Positions 25,411-37,070 of a stretch of DNA of 64,000 bases are shown in pieces (positions within the stretch are counted from its first letter, which is position 1; the number at the start of each line of letters is the position of its first letter). The notes below the pieces were generated by a model, which was not told where the DNA came from, ran no database searches, and saw only the letters and a list, made by a program, of their open reading frames with translations. Position numbers and translations under genes: made by a program. Origin of the DNA: Nemertoderma westbladi (taxonomy: Eukaryota > Animalia > Xenacoelomorpha); the NCBI GenBank assembly GCA_032718475.1, contig JAUCBJ010006610.1, forward strand, positions 64,932 to 128,931, given 5' to 3'.

Positions 25411-25859
25411 ATGTGTTGTTTTGTGATCCTTACCAATTAGGGCGGCATGGATTATCACCATATAATGTTTATATTTACTGGAAGGATACAGATGTTTTAT
25501 GTTGTATATTGACTTCATAAGTTTAATTTATTAGAACAATGACAACTATTTTCTTTAATTGCGGTACTGACAGGCTATCTCTTACCATAACCGCAGGTGA
25601 TGATGTATAGTCCGGATAATTAAGAAGCTCTTGGCTTCTTTCCTGTCTCAATTTTTCCTCAGATTTTTGTGGACATGAAGAAAAACAAAACTGGCATTTA
25701 GCTCCCTGATTGGCTATAGCTACTATATCATGGATAGGCCTTTCCCAAGCAGCCTTTAATCAGTCTAATGTAATTCAATGAAGAAGCACCCTTCCCGTGT
25801 CTTAGCAACAACACCTGAGGTAATATGTTAGCTTGCTTGATAGGCAGACTGATGGTAGG

Positions 25860-26082
25860 AGTTCATTCATTCCCCCCTTATCAAAGCGCCAGCTTTTATT
25901 ATCATTACCCCAGCAAAGCCAGGTTCCCATTATACCGCTGGGTTGGCGTAGGCACTAATGTCTAAAGTGTCTTGCCTGGGGACACAACAGTGCGAAAGTT
26001 CTACAGCCTGTAGTCGGATTCGAACGTGCGCCACCAAACACTATCGTGTAAGCAGTTCAGGCGCCGTATCCACTCGGACACT
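25860..26082 (-). mobile_element. tRNA-headed SINE with CORE/Meta-like central block
   Basis: Minus strand GTGTCCGAGTGG...GTTCGAATCC followed by GTTGTGTCCCCAGGCAAGACACTTTA. Confidence 0.65.
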
Positions 26083-26599
26083 GATTTATATTACAAGTAA
26101 TCATATTTGTAATAGTAGCACCGTCTGAAACTGTATTAATTGTATAATATTGTTCAGAAAATATTTTGAGTGTAACTTGAACGAAGACGTGGACAGTCGC
26201 GCTGAAGTTAGAGAGCTTCTTTCGCGGTGCGCTGGCGGTGCATAGCACCGCCAGCTAGTGAAAAAATATAAAATAAAATTTAATTAGCAATATGCCTTCA
26301 GTGAATATTATTAACTTACTAAAGGGAAGGCGACCAATCAGTAGGTTGAGTGGATCATTCACTGCCTTGCATTGAGTTGAGCGATAGTGTGATTGATTTA
26401 CCTGTGGATCACATTCAAACGCATAGACATCAGGGCTTCTTTGCTCGGTGTAATAAATCTGAAATTAAATTTAATTATAATGCGCAACATAACAACTTGC
26501 TGTTAATACGAAGGGCGTTCTGAAATCATAACATTTTTCAACATATTTAATATTCAATCCATCATTTTTAACAAAATCATAATTTATTCATTTATTTAG

Positions 26600-26704
26600 G
26601 GTATGAGGGGATACTCCGGAGTTGTAGGGAATAAAGGAGAACCTGGTCGCGATGGTGTCGTGGAGATGGGAAGATTAAGACGGGCTATTACTTATGTCAC
26701 CGGC
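26600..26704 (+). CDS. Collagen exon running into non-collagenous sequence (GMRGYSGVVGNKGEPGRDGVVEMGRLRRAITYVTG)
   Basis: TTTATTTAG acceptor, GTAAGT donor, 105 bp, phase 0 start matches the previous exon. Confidence 0.82.
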
Positions 26705-27754
26705 GTAAGTTTAAGATTATAAACAATTATATTGACACAATGGAATCATTTTACTAATCTACCAAGGTAATTATTGGAAGTGAAACTGAATAATGTTTTA
26801 AAGTGTTGAAGAGCACTGAGTCAGTAGCATGTAAATTCGTCATTAAAATACACAATAGTCCATCTCTGAGATAAGATTACACTATTATGGGAGATTTTAT
26901 ATAGATTTATGTTGATTAATGGAAAGAGTTTTTTTTATTGTACATACAAGAATTAATTTACGATAAATTATTAAATTATTATTATTATTTTTATTTATTT
27001 AATTATTTACGATTAAATTGCTTATACTAAATAATAATAATATTTATTATATTATGTAAATATATTAATAATTAAATTAGAAATATAATTAAATTATCAT
27101 AATTAATATTAAATTTACGATTAGTTTGAGAACAATAAAAAATTGCTGGAAAATAGAAAACATTTGTTTCAGCCAACAAATCTTTTTTTTGGGCTCGGGA
27201 AAAATTCCCATCTCTGACTAAGTAATAAGGGTTTAAAGTTTGGCAAGTGAAGTCTGGTCGGCATGATTCTTTTCAGTAATATTATTTTAAAGTAAATAGT
27301 TATAGGTTAGCTAGTTAGGATTATTAAATACAAACTACAAAAAATAACACCGACATAATTGGGAAATAGTAACACCACAATAGATGTTAGTTATAACTAA
27401 TACGCCATGTCAAAATATGTATAATGGCGTTTTTAAAACCTGTCTATATAAGATGAGGGCGTTCTGCGGGATATAATGGCGTTTGGTAAACATGTTATCT
27501 TAATGCCAAAACTGGCGTTAAGGGTATTGTAGACCAAAAATTCGTCATAAATGGCGCTTGTCTATCATTTCATACTCAATTGTTCACATATTTATTGTTG
27601 GCACATTGTAAACATGCAGCCATAACAACGATAACGCAAAACTGAACCATATACAGTATATGAACCATATAACCATACATTACGCTGGGCGTACTGAAAC
27701 CATTTTACATATACCCTGGCGATATGTACGTACAGTATACTTTTAATGGTTATA

Positions 27755-28276
27755 TTGAAAAATATCGAGACATGAAAAATATCGAGAGTAAAAATAACGC
27801 GAGTAAAAATATCGAGTGTTGAAAAATATCGATAATATCGAGAGTTCAAAAAATATCGAGAGTAAAAATATCGAGAGTAAAAATATCGAGAGTAAAAATA
27901 TCGAGAGTAAAAATATCGAGAGTAAAAATATCGAGAGTAAAAATATCGAGAGTAAAAATATCGAGTGTTGAAAAATATCGAGAGTAAAAATATCGAGTGT
28001 TGAAAAATATCGAGAGTAAAAATATCGAGAGTAAAAATATCGAGTGTTGAAAATTATCGAGAGTAAAAATATTGAGAGTAAAAATATCGAGAGTAAAAAT
28101 ATCGAGTGTTGAAAAATATCGAGAGTAAAAATATCGAGTGTTGAAAAATATCGAGAGTAAAAATATTGAGTGTTGAAAAATATCGAGAGTAAAAATATCG
28201 AGTGTTGAAAAATATCGAGAGTAAAAATATCGAGAGTAAAAATATCGAGAGTAAAAATATCGAGAGTAAAAATATC
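27755..28276. repeat. 15/17-bp minisatellite (GAGAGTAAAAATATC / GAGTGTTGAAAAATATC)
   Basis: About 30 directly visible copies. Confidence 0.95.
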
Positions 28277-28550
28277 GATGACTTAGGAGTACTCTCAGAA
28301 TCACCAGAGGGAGCCCAACGGCTCCTCAGCTCATTAGAACATGCTGCTTCTAGTGTTGGTCTTTATATTAACTCCAGAAAGACCAAAATTTTGACAGTTA
28401 ACTTTGAAAGTCCTCAGAAAGTCTCTGATCGGATGAGCATAAGCTCAAAAGATGGTATGCTTGAGCATGTGGATGACTTCTGTTACCTGGGATCATGGTT
28501 CCGGAAGTCAGGTGAGGACCTTCGAATACGTAAGGGAAAGGCATGGGCAG
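28277..28550 (+). mobile_element. 5'-truncated RTE LINE, left part (target of the BEL insertion)
   Basis: DDLGVLSES...GLYINSRKTK...VDDFCYLGSW...RIRKGKAWA; continues in frame at 47478 as ALNRLSRIWKS. Confidence 0.9.
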
Positions 28551-29752
28551 TGTACGCGCTTTTGAAGACCTTTAGCAGTTTAACCTGCCAAAATTTATAT
28601 GTCTTTTGGTTTATAAATAGACTTTAGTAAATGACAAGTATTTAATACCAATAAACACAACATTAGCCGAAGCCAGCCTAGTGCGCGTCCATTCACCCGC
28701 TGGATATACCCGGGAGACTGGATTCGGATGGGGCTTAGATTTTATTATTGCAGTGTAAGCTTACTGTATTATTCGATTGATCGTTAATAAATAATTTCTG
28801 ACGAGTATTATTCACTTTCGGGAAATATTAACAGTTCCTTTAGGACGTGGCGCTCTATCTAGGTAAACAGAGATATGACTTATACTAAACACAACTGTAA
28901 GACTGTAAGGCTTATGACTCACGTATGAGGCGCATTCTTTAGGAAATGCTTAGTTATCAGCCACAATCATGCACACTACCGGTACCACACAATACTGCAC
29001 ACTAATCTGCCGACCGTCAATGAATTTTATCATACATAAAGAGAACAGCAATTGACTCATGTAGTGCCTATCAAATAGCATTAAATTCACTACAAACCAC
29101 GATAATATAAGTCGCAATCGCTATATGTAACCTGTCTCTCTAACCTGTAGTGTATCAAGAAAATTGGGAAATTTGGGTTATTTATCGATGTTCTCCAAAT
29201 AATAATATTCAACCAACTGATACAAATAATGACAACAGTAAAAAGCATTAAGACGGTAGGTTAAGATTATAACAATATAAGATTGTACCGCTGCGCTACT
29301 GCGCTGATAAGACTGATAACAGTTATACGCTCTATAATCTAAGCCTACTAATGTTTCTTTTAAAGTCTGAAACAAATTGACTCCAGAGCCGGTGTTCTTG
29401 GCCTAGATAGAAACAACAAAACTATAACACAGAAAACTATAAGACTGAACACTCCTAGCACGATCTGTAGAATATCTCCACATCGACAGTAAAAATCGCT
29501 CTGATTGGCTGTTAAGCTGAAACAAAGAACCATGTGTCCAACGGCCATTTCCATGCCAGCAACCAGCTGTTAGATGTCGTAATCTGAATCATCAAGGCTA
29601 CACTGTGCTAGAGGATTTGACGCATTGCGGGTTTTGTATCTTGCCATGTCCTCCAAAGCACACATAGAGAAAAACAACTTTTATGTCCATTAAAACACCC
29701 ACACGGTATTTTGCGGGCAAGGGGACTGATTATATCCGCAAAAGCTTTTACA
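28551..29752 (-). repeat. 3' LTR (1202 bp)
   Basis: Matches 46284-47472 except about 6 substitutions and one 13-bp indel by eye; AATAAA on minus strand near 28741. Confidence 0.97.
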
Positions 29753-29830
29753 CCGCTCCCAGAAAATGGGATTCAAGTCTATAAATATACAAAAATCACA
29801 GTTTCTAATATACGTAAATACTCTAAACAG

Positions 29831-31606
29831 TTAGTCTTTCTTGCGCGGACGGCATTTACGCAGTTTTTTAAAGCTGGCCAGAGTCCTTTTCTCTTTGGGG
29901 CGAGCCACTTTACAAGGAGGGCTATAACTCCTGGGTGAAGGGTGCAATATGATTGCATCACAGGGTGTAGGATTATGGTCGGTGTATCCGCCAGTCGAAG
30001 TGCCGGGCTGATTGACATCAACGTCGGGGGAGAGGGGTCTAACGGCCTTGAGAGCGCGTTTTAGGACGGCCGCTCTTACGGGTCCTTTACGAGTGGTCTG
30101 AACGAGAGCCGTGGGTGGACCATAGGCAGTCAGAAACTTCCTGGGTTTAATGGTTCTTTCCAACTCGCGTTCGCGGGCTCGGTATTCGTAAGGCCGTCGA
30201 TATACTTCCTGTAACTCGGGGTGTGAGTTAACAAATAAGTCTCCATAGTCCGGATCCTGACGGATAAAATTGATCAGGTTATATGAATGAAGGTCGCTAG
30301 GATTAACACTCCTGAGAAATTTGCGTACGAACTTGGTTGAAATACATTCTCCGACGCGCTTTAGTAGTTCGTAACTCGATATGCGTGATTTCTGTTCGAC
30401 AGAAGCGAATAGGTAAGGATGGAACGCATAAACTCCTTCGTAAGCGCGTCCAGGATAATAGCGATGGCGCGAATCACAATGTAAATCAGCGTTCGCTTCC
30501 CAAGCTCTGATGTAAGGTAGTGTGATTATTTCATCTACGCTTTCCAAATCGTGATTAAAAGGGCAATCGAAACTGGCGTGTCCCTTTAGTTGACAATGGT
30601 GACATTGAGTCATAAATTGAGGGCAAACCGCAAAAATATGCAAGTTATTGAGTCTGCAATATGCGCAATAAATTTCCATCGCCGGTTGTTCGTGGAAATA
30701 GGAACAGCGGACGTTTGTGTCCATGGGCGTATCATGGTCTCTCGATGCGCACAACCGACAACGTTGCCGAGAAACATAGTTGGCATGGCGATAATCGTAC
30801 GCAGTGAGACACTGTGGACCTTGATACCATTCTAGGATGTAATCGTTGTCGCTGTTCCGGGGCGCGATAGGCTGAATCTCCTCAGATTCTAGGCATATTG
30901 GTTCGTCTTCCCAGTGCATAGCTGAGGTGGGCGTGTCTGTCTCTTCAAGTGGACCTATTGTCTGAATTTCCACGACCGAATAACCTGTGGGGATTCGAGG
31001 TCTTTGTATAACAGAGGAGTGCAAGTTCGATATACAAATCTCTTTGAAAATGGCAAATCCAGCGCTATCTAACTTCTCTGCAGCTGAGTTTCTTAGGCTG
31101 AGCTTGGTCAAAGCGCGGTCTTTAAATTGGCTATCCACGTTGCGGAACGGGGTTAAAAATCGCCGGAAACATTCGAAGCGGATGAATTTATTATGTTCAT
31201 CTAGCTTAGTGAGTTTGGTCCCAAGTATTAATGGATGGGCGCGTATAGTACGACTGCACACATCGGCTAGCCAACCGGAAAGTGCGGTGTTTTCAAAGAT
31301 CGTGTAGATAGCTAAGGAGGGACGGAGTGGAACACTCATGAAGCTATACACGGCGCCAGTTGCGGTCAATGGTCCATCAAAGTATAATCGAGAATAATGG
31401 TCTCCGTATACTTGTTGATAGTTGATGGGATTTCCGACTTTGAAATTCCATCCGTATTCCTGAAAGGCAAGATGTCCGATGGAAGTTCGTTGCACCTTTG
31501 TAATGTTGCTAGACGTATTAGCATACATGGTGCGGAAGAAACCTCGACCTTCTGCCCAGGGAGCAATCAGCTGAGTATCAACGAAAGGGTATGGAATGTT
31601 CTCCAT
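29831..31606 (-). CDS. Retrotransposon-borne 591-aa protein with three CCHC-type zinc fingers and a basic C-terminus; function unknown
   Basis: Uninterrupted ORF between pol and PPT; CRLCASRDH-x9-C, CAYCRLNNLHIFAVC, CHHCQLKGHASFDC; tail KRTLASFKKLRKCRPRKKD. Confidence 0.8.
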   Translation of the reverse strand: MENIPYPFVDTQLIAPWAEGRGFFRTMYANTSSNITKVQRTSIGHLAFQEYGWNFKVGNPINYQQVYGDHYSRLYFDGPLTATGAVYSFMSVPLRPSLAIYTIFENTALSGWLADVCSRTIRAHPLILGTKLTKLDEHNKFIRFECFRRFLTPFRNVDSQFKDRALTKLSLRNSAAEKLDSAGFAIFKEICISNLHSSVIQRPRIPTGYSVVEIQTIGPLEETDTPTSAMHWEDEPICLESEEIQPIAPRNSDNDYILEWYQGPQCLTAYDYRHANYVSRQRCRLCASRDHDTPMDTNVRCSYFHEQPAMEIYCAYCRLNNLHIFAVCPQFMTQCHHCQLKGHASFDCPFNHDLESVDEIITLPYIRAWEANADLHCDSRHRYYPGRAYEGVYAFHPYLFASVEQKSRISSYELLKRVGECISTKFVRKFLRSVNPSDLHSYNLINFIRQDPDYGDLFVNSHPELQEVYRRPYEYRARERELERTIKPRKFLTAYGPPTALVQTTRKGPVRAAVLKRALKAVRPLSPDVDVNQPGTSTGGYTDHNPTPCDAIILHPSPRSYSPPCKVARPKEKRTLASFKKLRKCRPRKKD

Positions 31607-32498
31607 ATTCCCGTCGTATGCCTAATATGTCTTCCATTGATGGTAGTGGTAGAGAGCAGGGGAAGACCTATGTCGTATTCAGAAATATTCAGAAATACGA
31701 TCTCAGTTCTCAGTTGGAGGATTCAAACGTTCGAAGACTATCTCCAAATGAATTTATCCCTAGTGCGAGGAGGTAAACACCAGTTCAAGGATATGTTTGT
31801 CTCAGTTGTTCTACATAAGATTTATAACTCCAATCATTGAGGGAGGTGAACAACCAGATTTATGACACATAATGGTACCAGTTGTTCACAAACTATCCGC
31901 GTGTCCTTTCAGTCCTTGTTTGTATCACGGTTGTGGACTTAAGGAAATTATTGACGGTTGATTTTCTAATCAACAACGAGAGGGTGGAAGTTGATATCAT
32001 AAATATCAACAGAATGTGACATGGACAAGAGGTGCGGACACCAATATGAGCATCCAGATTAACAGTAAGGGATGGGAGGTTTAGTAAGAGGCGGTATGAT
32101 CAATACCACGATACGGCAATGATTGGTCGATCGTCTCCCAAAGCTCCGAGCGCGTTGGGAAGAGAAGGTGGGACGAAGTATGTTGTATTTTCAATAGCGA
32201 TGTATAGAGGGATAAAGGGAGTAAAGAGGAGGGAGGATATATGGTAGTATCCATAAGATACCACAATGGACATGTTTCTGTCACATCATCATTCATTCTT
32301 GCCCTTTAATTGTGACACTGATCACAATAATTACAGGAAAACGATGAAGGAAGAGAAAATTACAGCCTCCCGAAGGAGACCGCCCGCGAGCACCCGTGCC
32401 CCGGGGAAAAACTATTCACATCATGGACCCTGGACATTAACCCATGTCTCTTCTCCAGTGTTCTCCTCTATTTGTCTTTACAAGCTTTCTTCCACATT

Positions 32499-32876
32499 CT
32501 ATCTTTCGAGTTGTTTTCGAATAGAATTCTCGTGTTCCATTCTCGGTTCATCATGCCGACTCCGCTGGGTATGATATTTAAATAGAACCTTTTCCCTTTT
32601 GGTGTCTACATCGTCCATATCATGTAAATCGATAGGATGGCCGGTAGTTAGGAAGTCCATATACGTACCATTACGATTCGTATAGCGAGCGGTGAATTTT
32701 CGATAGTCCAATTCACGCGTAAGTCGCTCTTGGGACATCGGCGGTTCGATATAACGACCATCGTCCTCCGTAATGGTTGGATCGGCTTCACCGCGTATTA
32801 AGCTATCCACAAATGCTTGTAAAGGTAGAGTATATCGCTCCCTAATACCAAGATCATCTTCTATCAACTCCGTCAT
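32499..32876 (-). CDS. Putative 125-aa accessory ORF of the BEL element
   Basis: ATG-initiated, element-sense, charged globular-looking composition; no family recognised. Confidence 0.45.
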   Translation of the reverse strand: MTELIEDDLGIRERYTLPLQAFVDSLIRGEADPTITEDDGRYIEPPMSQERLTRELDYRKFTARYTNRNGTYMDFLTTGHPIDLHDMDDVDTKREKVLFKYHTQRSRHDEPRMEHENSIRKQLER

Positions 32877-34334
32877 ATCTGCTATCTGAGTTTATTAATA
32901 TCAAAATGAGTTTATGTTTAGGCTAGCGGGCGTCGCTGCCTACCTCTCGTTGCCCCCGGACAGTGGGATTCTCAGCGCCGATGTACCGTCGTCGCGGTGT
33001 TTACGCCAACATGTAGCAACAGCACGACAACGATAACCGGCACAAGTCACTCCACTGTCCGTCCCAAAGGCTTGGATCCACTCTAGGTTCTTTCTATAGG
33101 AGAGTTGGGTTACTTTCACAATTGCGACTAGCTACTGTAAACATACTTTAGCAGTAACATTCACCTATAAATGCATAAATTCCACACAACTGTCACCAAT
33201 TGTACACATACAGGCCATTTGTCCGTTAGTCAGTGCCTTCCAGAATGTCACGTTATTACTGTGTATCCTTGGATACTAACAGTGTGCTATGTATTCTCTA
33301 TGCTATGCAATGGGACAAGCTTTCTATTGTTCTTTTAACTTGCTTCTAATTCTAGCGTGGGTGTTGCTATGGTGACATTATGGAAAGCTAGCGGTAGAAT
33401 TAGGGTAATTCTCATGCATACAGATCTGGAATGCTATTTAATAGTAATTCTTTAATTGTCAATATCCTCTCTATGCATGATTTTATTAATTTTTATCGGC
33501 TATTGACTATATGTTGGAGATTCTCGCACTCTAATATACTCAAGAGGATGAATCTCCGCTCCCATGATCTATTAATTAATGGAATTTTGGGAATGTTATA
33601 AATTGCACAAAATGACAATTTATGAAATTCATTTAAAATATGAATTTAAATTTATTCCCGTGAATTTTATTATTTGATGTTAAAATTGACACAATTTTTA
33701 TTCCAGAGCATGTCTGGGGACTTTAACCACTGATTCTAGAATTTGTCTTTCAAGTATATCGGTGGGTGCCGCGATATCTTAATCGACTAGAATTACAGAT
33801 GGTCAAAAGGTTTAACAGATTTATTTGCGTTTTACGCTACTGTTATAGGGACATCACGCTACTATATGTATTATTATATATGGTATGAGAGCAATATCGC
33901 ACGAAGCAATGTCAGTGTGAAGAGGCAAGTCGTTTTCAAGGTCTACCCAGAGCTTGGTTTAGCCGAGACACGAGGATCTGAACTTTGCATTCCTAATACT
34001 CTGCCTACCAATAATACTTGAATATAGTAGTGGCTTTATTGTACTTTAATAAGTACGGACATTTCATCTTACTGTAGTCACGTATTTATAATATGATACG
34101 GACAGTAAGGAAAGAGAAAAAATTATTTCTCGCCGTCACACTAAATATATATTATATATATGTAATTACGTAATAAACACTAATATATTGCACTAATCTA
34201 CCAAATAATCTAAAATAACCTTCTACTAAATAAAATTGAATAAAAACGATTATAATAAAGTACATAATAATGTTCACATATAAAATATAATAAAATAGAT
34301 AAAATAATATAGTCATGCACCCACTCCAGACGTA

Positions 34335-37070
34335 TCACGTTGGGGAGTCCCTAGATGTTTGAGGAATTAGGGAGGTGGTCGTGGGAAGAGTGTCTTGCCT
34401 TCCATAGTTTCCGGAGAGTTCTCTGTCTCTTTCCAGTAAACATAAACGACCAACTGGGCGGTTGAGTTGTTGCGTCTCAAAGATTATGCCTGGCTTCTTG
34501 AAGTTACGCCGCATGACGACGAGTTCTACCGAGCGTACTAAACCATCATCCGAGATGTGAGTCTCGATGATACGACCTGTCTGCCACCGTTTACGTGGGA
34601 GGTCTGAATCTACAATAAGCACCATATCTCCGGCGCTGACGTTTTCTTGCTGCGCAAACCACTTAGTTCGAAGTTGTAGCGTGGGCAGATAATGTTTCTC
34701 GAAATGGTCAGCGAAACGACGGGATAGCAACTGCATAAGTTGCCAAGTTCGACGGCAGTATTCGTCTCCGTCGGTAATCTCCGATCGTGGGAGCATGGCT
34801 TAAGGTTTATTCAGTAGGAAGTGCGCGGGTGTTAGCGCTTCCAGGGAATCGGGACTCGATGAGACTGGCATAAGCGGTCTCTCGTTGAGATAGGCAGCTA
34901 TTTCCTCCATTAACGTCCGCAAAAGTTCGTCGGTGAGATACGCGCGGCATGGCACTATAAAGTGAAATGCGGTTTTGACACTTCTAATTAATCTCTCCCA
35001 ACTTCCTCCCCACCAAGGGGCGTCGGCGGCGTTGAAGGTCCAGCTAGACGCTGTTATCCTTAGCTGATCGTCCACCTGTCTTTGGTTCCAGTCCTTCACG
35101 TAAGCCTGGATTTCGTTGTTGGCACCAATGAAGTTCGTTCCCTTATCCGATCTCATGGTATTACTAGTCCCGAAGCGAGCGATCTGTCGGCGTAAACTTA
35201 AGACGAAGCTGTTGGTAGATAGATCGTTCACCATTATCGAGATGGATGGCTCTACAAGTCATGCATACGAAGATGACACACCATCTCTTGACTATAGTCC
35301 TAGCACGATATACTTCAATAGGGCCAAATAAATCTACACCAGTATTAGTAAAAGGTGGTTCATAGAAGCTTACTCGTTCCCTAGGTAATTCTGCCTCTCG
35401 CTGTGTTAAAGGCCTACTGAATGCTTTCCTACAGGGTATGCAGTTCCTAAGAACTTGGTTCAGAGCTCTACGGGGTTTATAAAAATAATAGCGAGTTCGG
35501 ATTTCGCTAAGAACTCGTTCTCTACCAGCATGATAAAGTTTGCTGTGAACATCTACAATCATCTTGATTTGTACTTCAAGATTTCTAATGAGTATGGGGA
35601 ATTTAGTGTCAAAGGATAATGGCGCATTGGTGAGCCTTCCTCCAACACGTATTAACCCATCTATCATTGTGCTAGAGAAGCGATCCCTTAAGCGCATCTG
35701 CGGATTTCTCAACAACAGGAAATACTTATCGGAATCTTCATAGCATTGCAGGAGTCTCAGTATCTGCTTATTGGTTTCTTCGTGCTCCTGGTAACTGATT
35801 TTCTCCTTTAGAAACCGGTCAGATGTCTTATATTTGGGTAAATTTTTAATAACATGAACTTGCGCAGATGTCAATGGAGCGGTATCACTAATTGTCTTCG
35901 TCCTGGAGTAGTGATGATGAAAACATCGCCTTAAATATATGACGGCTTTACAGAGCCGATTCCAGGAACTGTAGTGAAGCATTGCTCTCTGCAGCAGGGG
36001 TGAGATTCCTTGCGAGACGTCTGGTATTCCAGATTTCCAATCTCTGTCTCTAATTTCCATGACAGACTTATTTGTGGCGAGGGATTGTGGATCCGAAGCA
36101 TCGTTTCCGGAAGTATGTAATACAGATAGATCGATCGTCGGTTTAAATAACTTCGATTTACTCGCCCGGGTTTTAGGTTTGACTTTCTCCGCTCCCTTGG
36201 CTTGTCTAATCTCCGCCGTAGTAAGGTGAGGAGGCCATTCATCCTCTTCCTTACTCAGGAAGTCGGGTCCACCCAACCAGTCTGGAGTATCTATCAGTTC
36301 CTGTGGGGTTGCTCCCCTGGAGGCGATATCAGCTGGATTAATCGTACCAGGGCAATGTCTCCATTGATCTATCTTTGTGCGACTAAGAATAATAGCTACC
36401 CTGTTAGTAACAAAAACGCTGAACTGACAGACTTCATTGGTTATATACTCCAACACGAGTAAAGCGTCGGTCCAATAAACAGTTTTCTCCAGCGGATAGT
36501 CGATTTGTTCTGTTACGTTCCGGCCGATGGCTGTAGCGTATAAAGCCGCTTTTAACTCCGCTCGAGGAACCTTTAACTTGTTGTTAATCAATGCCTTAGA
36601 GGTAACCAAGGCGACTTTGATTCCATCCGGAGTTTCGACTCGCAGATATGCTACTATACCTATTCCCATGTCGCTGGCGTCTCCAAACACATGGAGTTGA
36701 TAGGAATATGTAGGAAGAACATGACCAAAATATGCACGGGAAATTACAAAGCTCTCGATGGCAGGTAGAGAATCTTCCCATTTCATCCACTTCTTTAACA
36801 GTTCTCCCTTAAGTGGATCGTCCCAGGAGTGGTTTTCAAGCCACATTTGTTGTACTAAACTCCGAGCAATCAATATAACTGGGCTAATAAATCCCAATGG
36901 GTCGAAATAAGTGCTCAGGATACTTAAACAAATCTGTTTGGTCCGAACTGGATTATCTCGCTGTTTTAGCTGAAAAAACAGGATATCTCTTTCAGTGTCC
37001 CACTTCAAGCCAAGCGTCTTGGTTTCTGGAAGATATTCCTTTATTAAGTCTAGGTCGTTCGTTCTTCTAT
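34335..37070 (-). pseudogene. pol: BEL/Pao pol 3' half: RNase H and integrase, disrupted
   Basis: YFDPLGF, LHVFGDAS, YWTD, HCPGTINPADIASRG, H-H-C-C, GVDLFGP, RSDKGTNF, APWWGGSWER, LTPAHFL; frameshift near 35236, in-frame TAA at 34800-34802. Confidence 0.92.

Noticed and set aside
19689-25518. Many overlapping Cys/Val/His-rich ORFs; superficial CRISPR-like periodicity
   Set aside because: Translations of the satellite; no unique spacers, no cas genes, eukaryotic context.
27846-28304. 152-aa repetitive ORF and the IESKN-repeat start of ORF 28202-28627
   Set aside because: Minisatellite translation fused by chance to the RTE fragment.
29360-29554. 64-aa hydrophobic ORF in both LTRs
   Set aside because: Duplicated only because the LTRs are; not evidently conserved in the LTR at 7747-10181.
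29831-31606. Envelope gene
   Set aside because: No signal peptide or transmembrane anchor; zinc fingers and a basic tail point to an intracellular protein.
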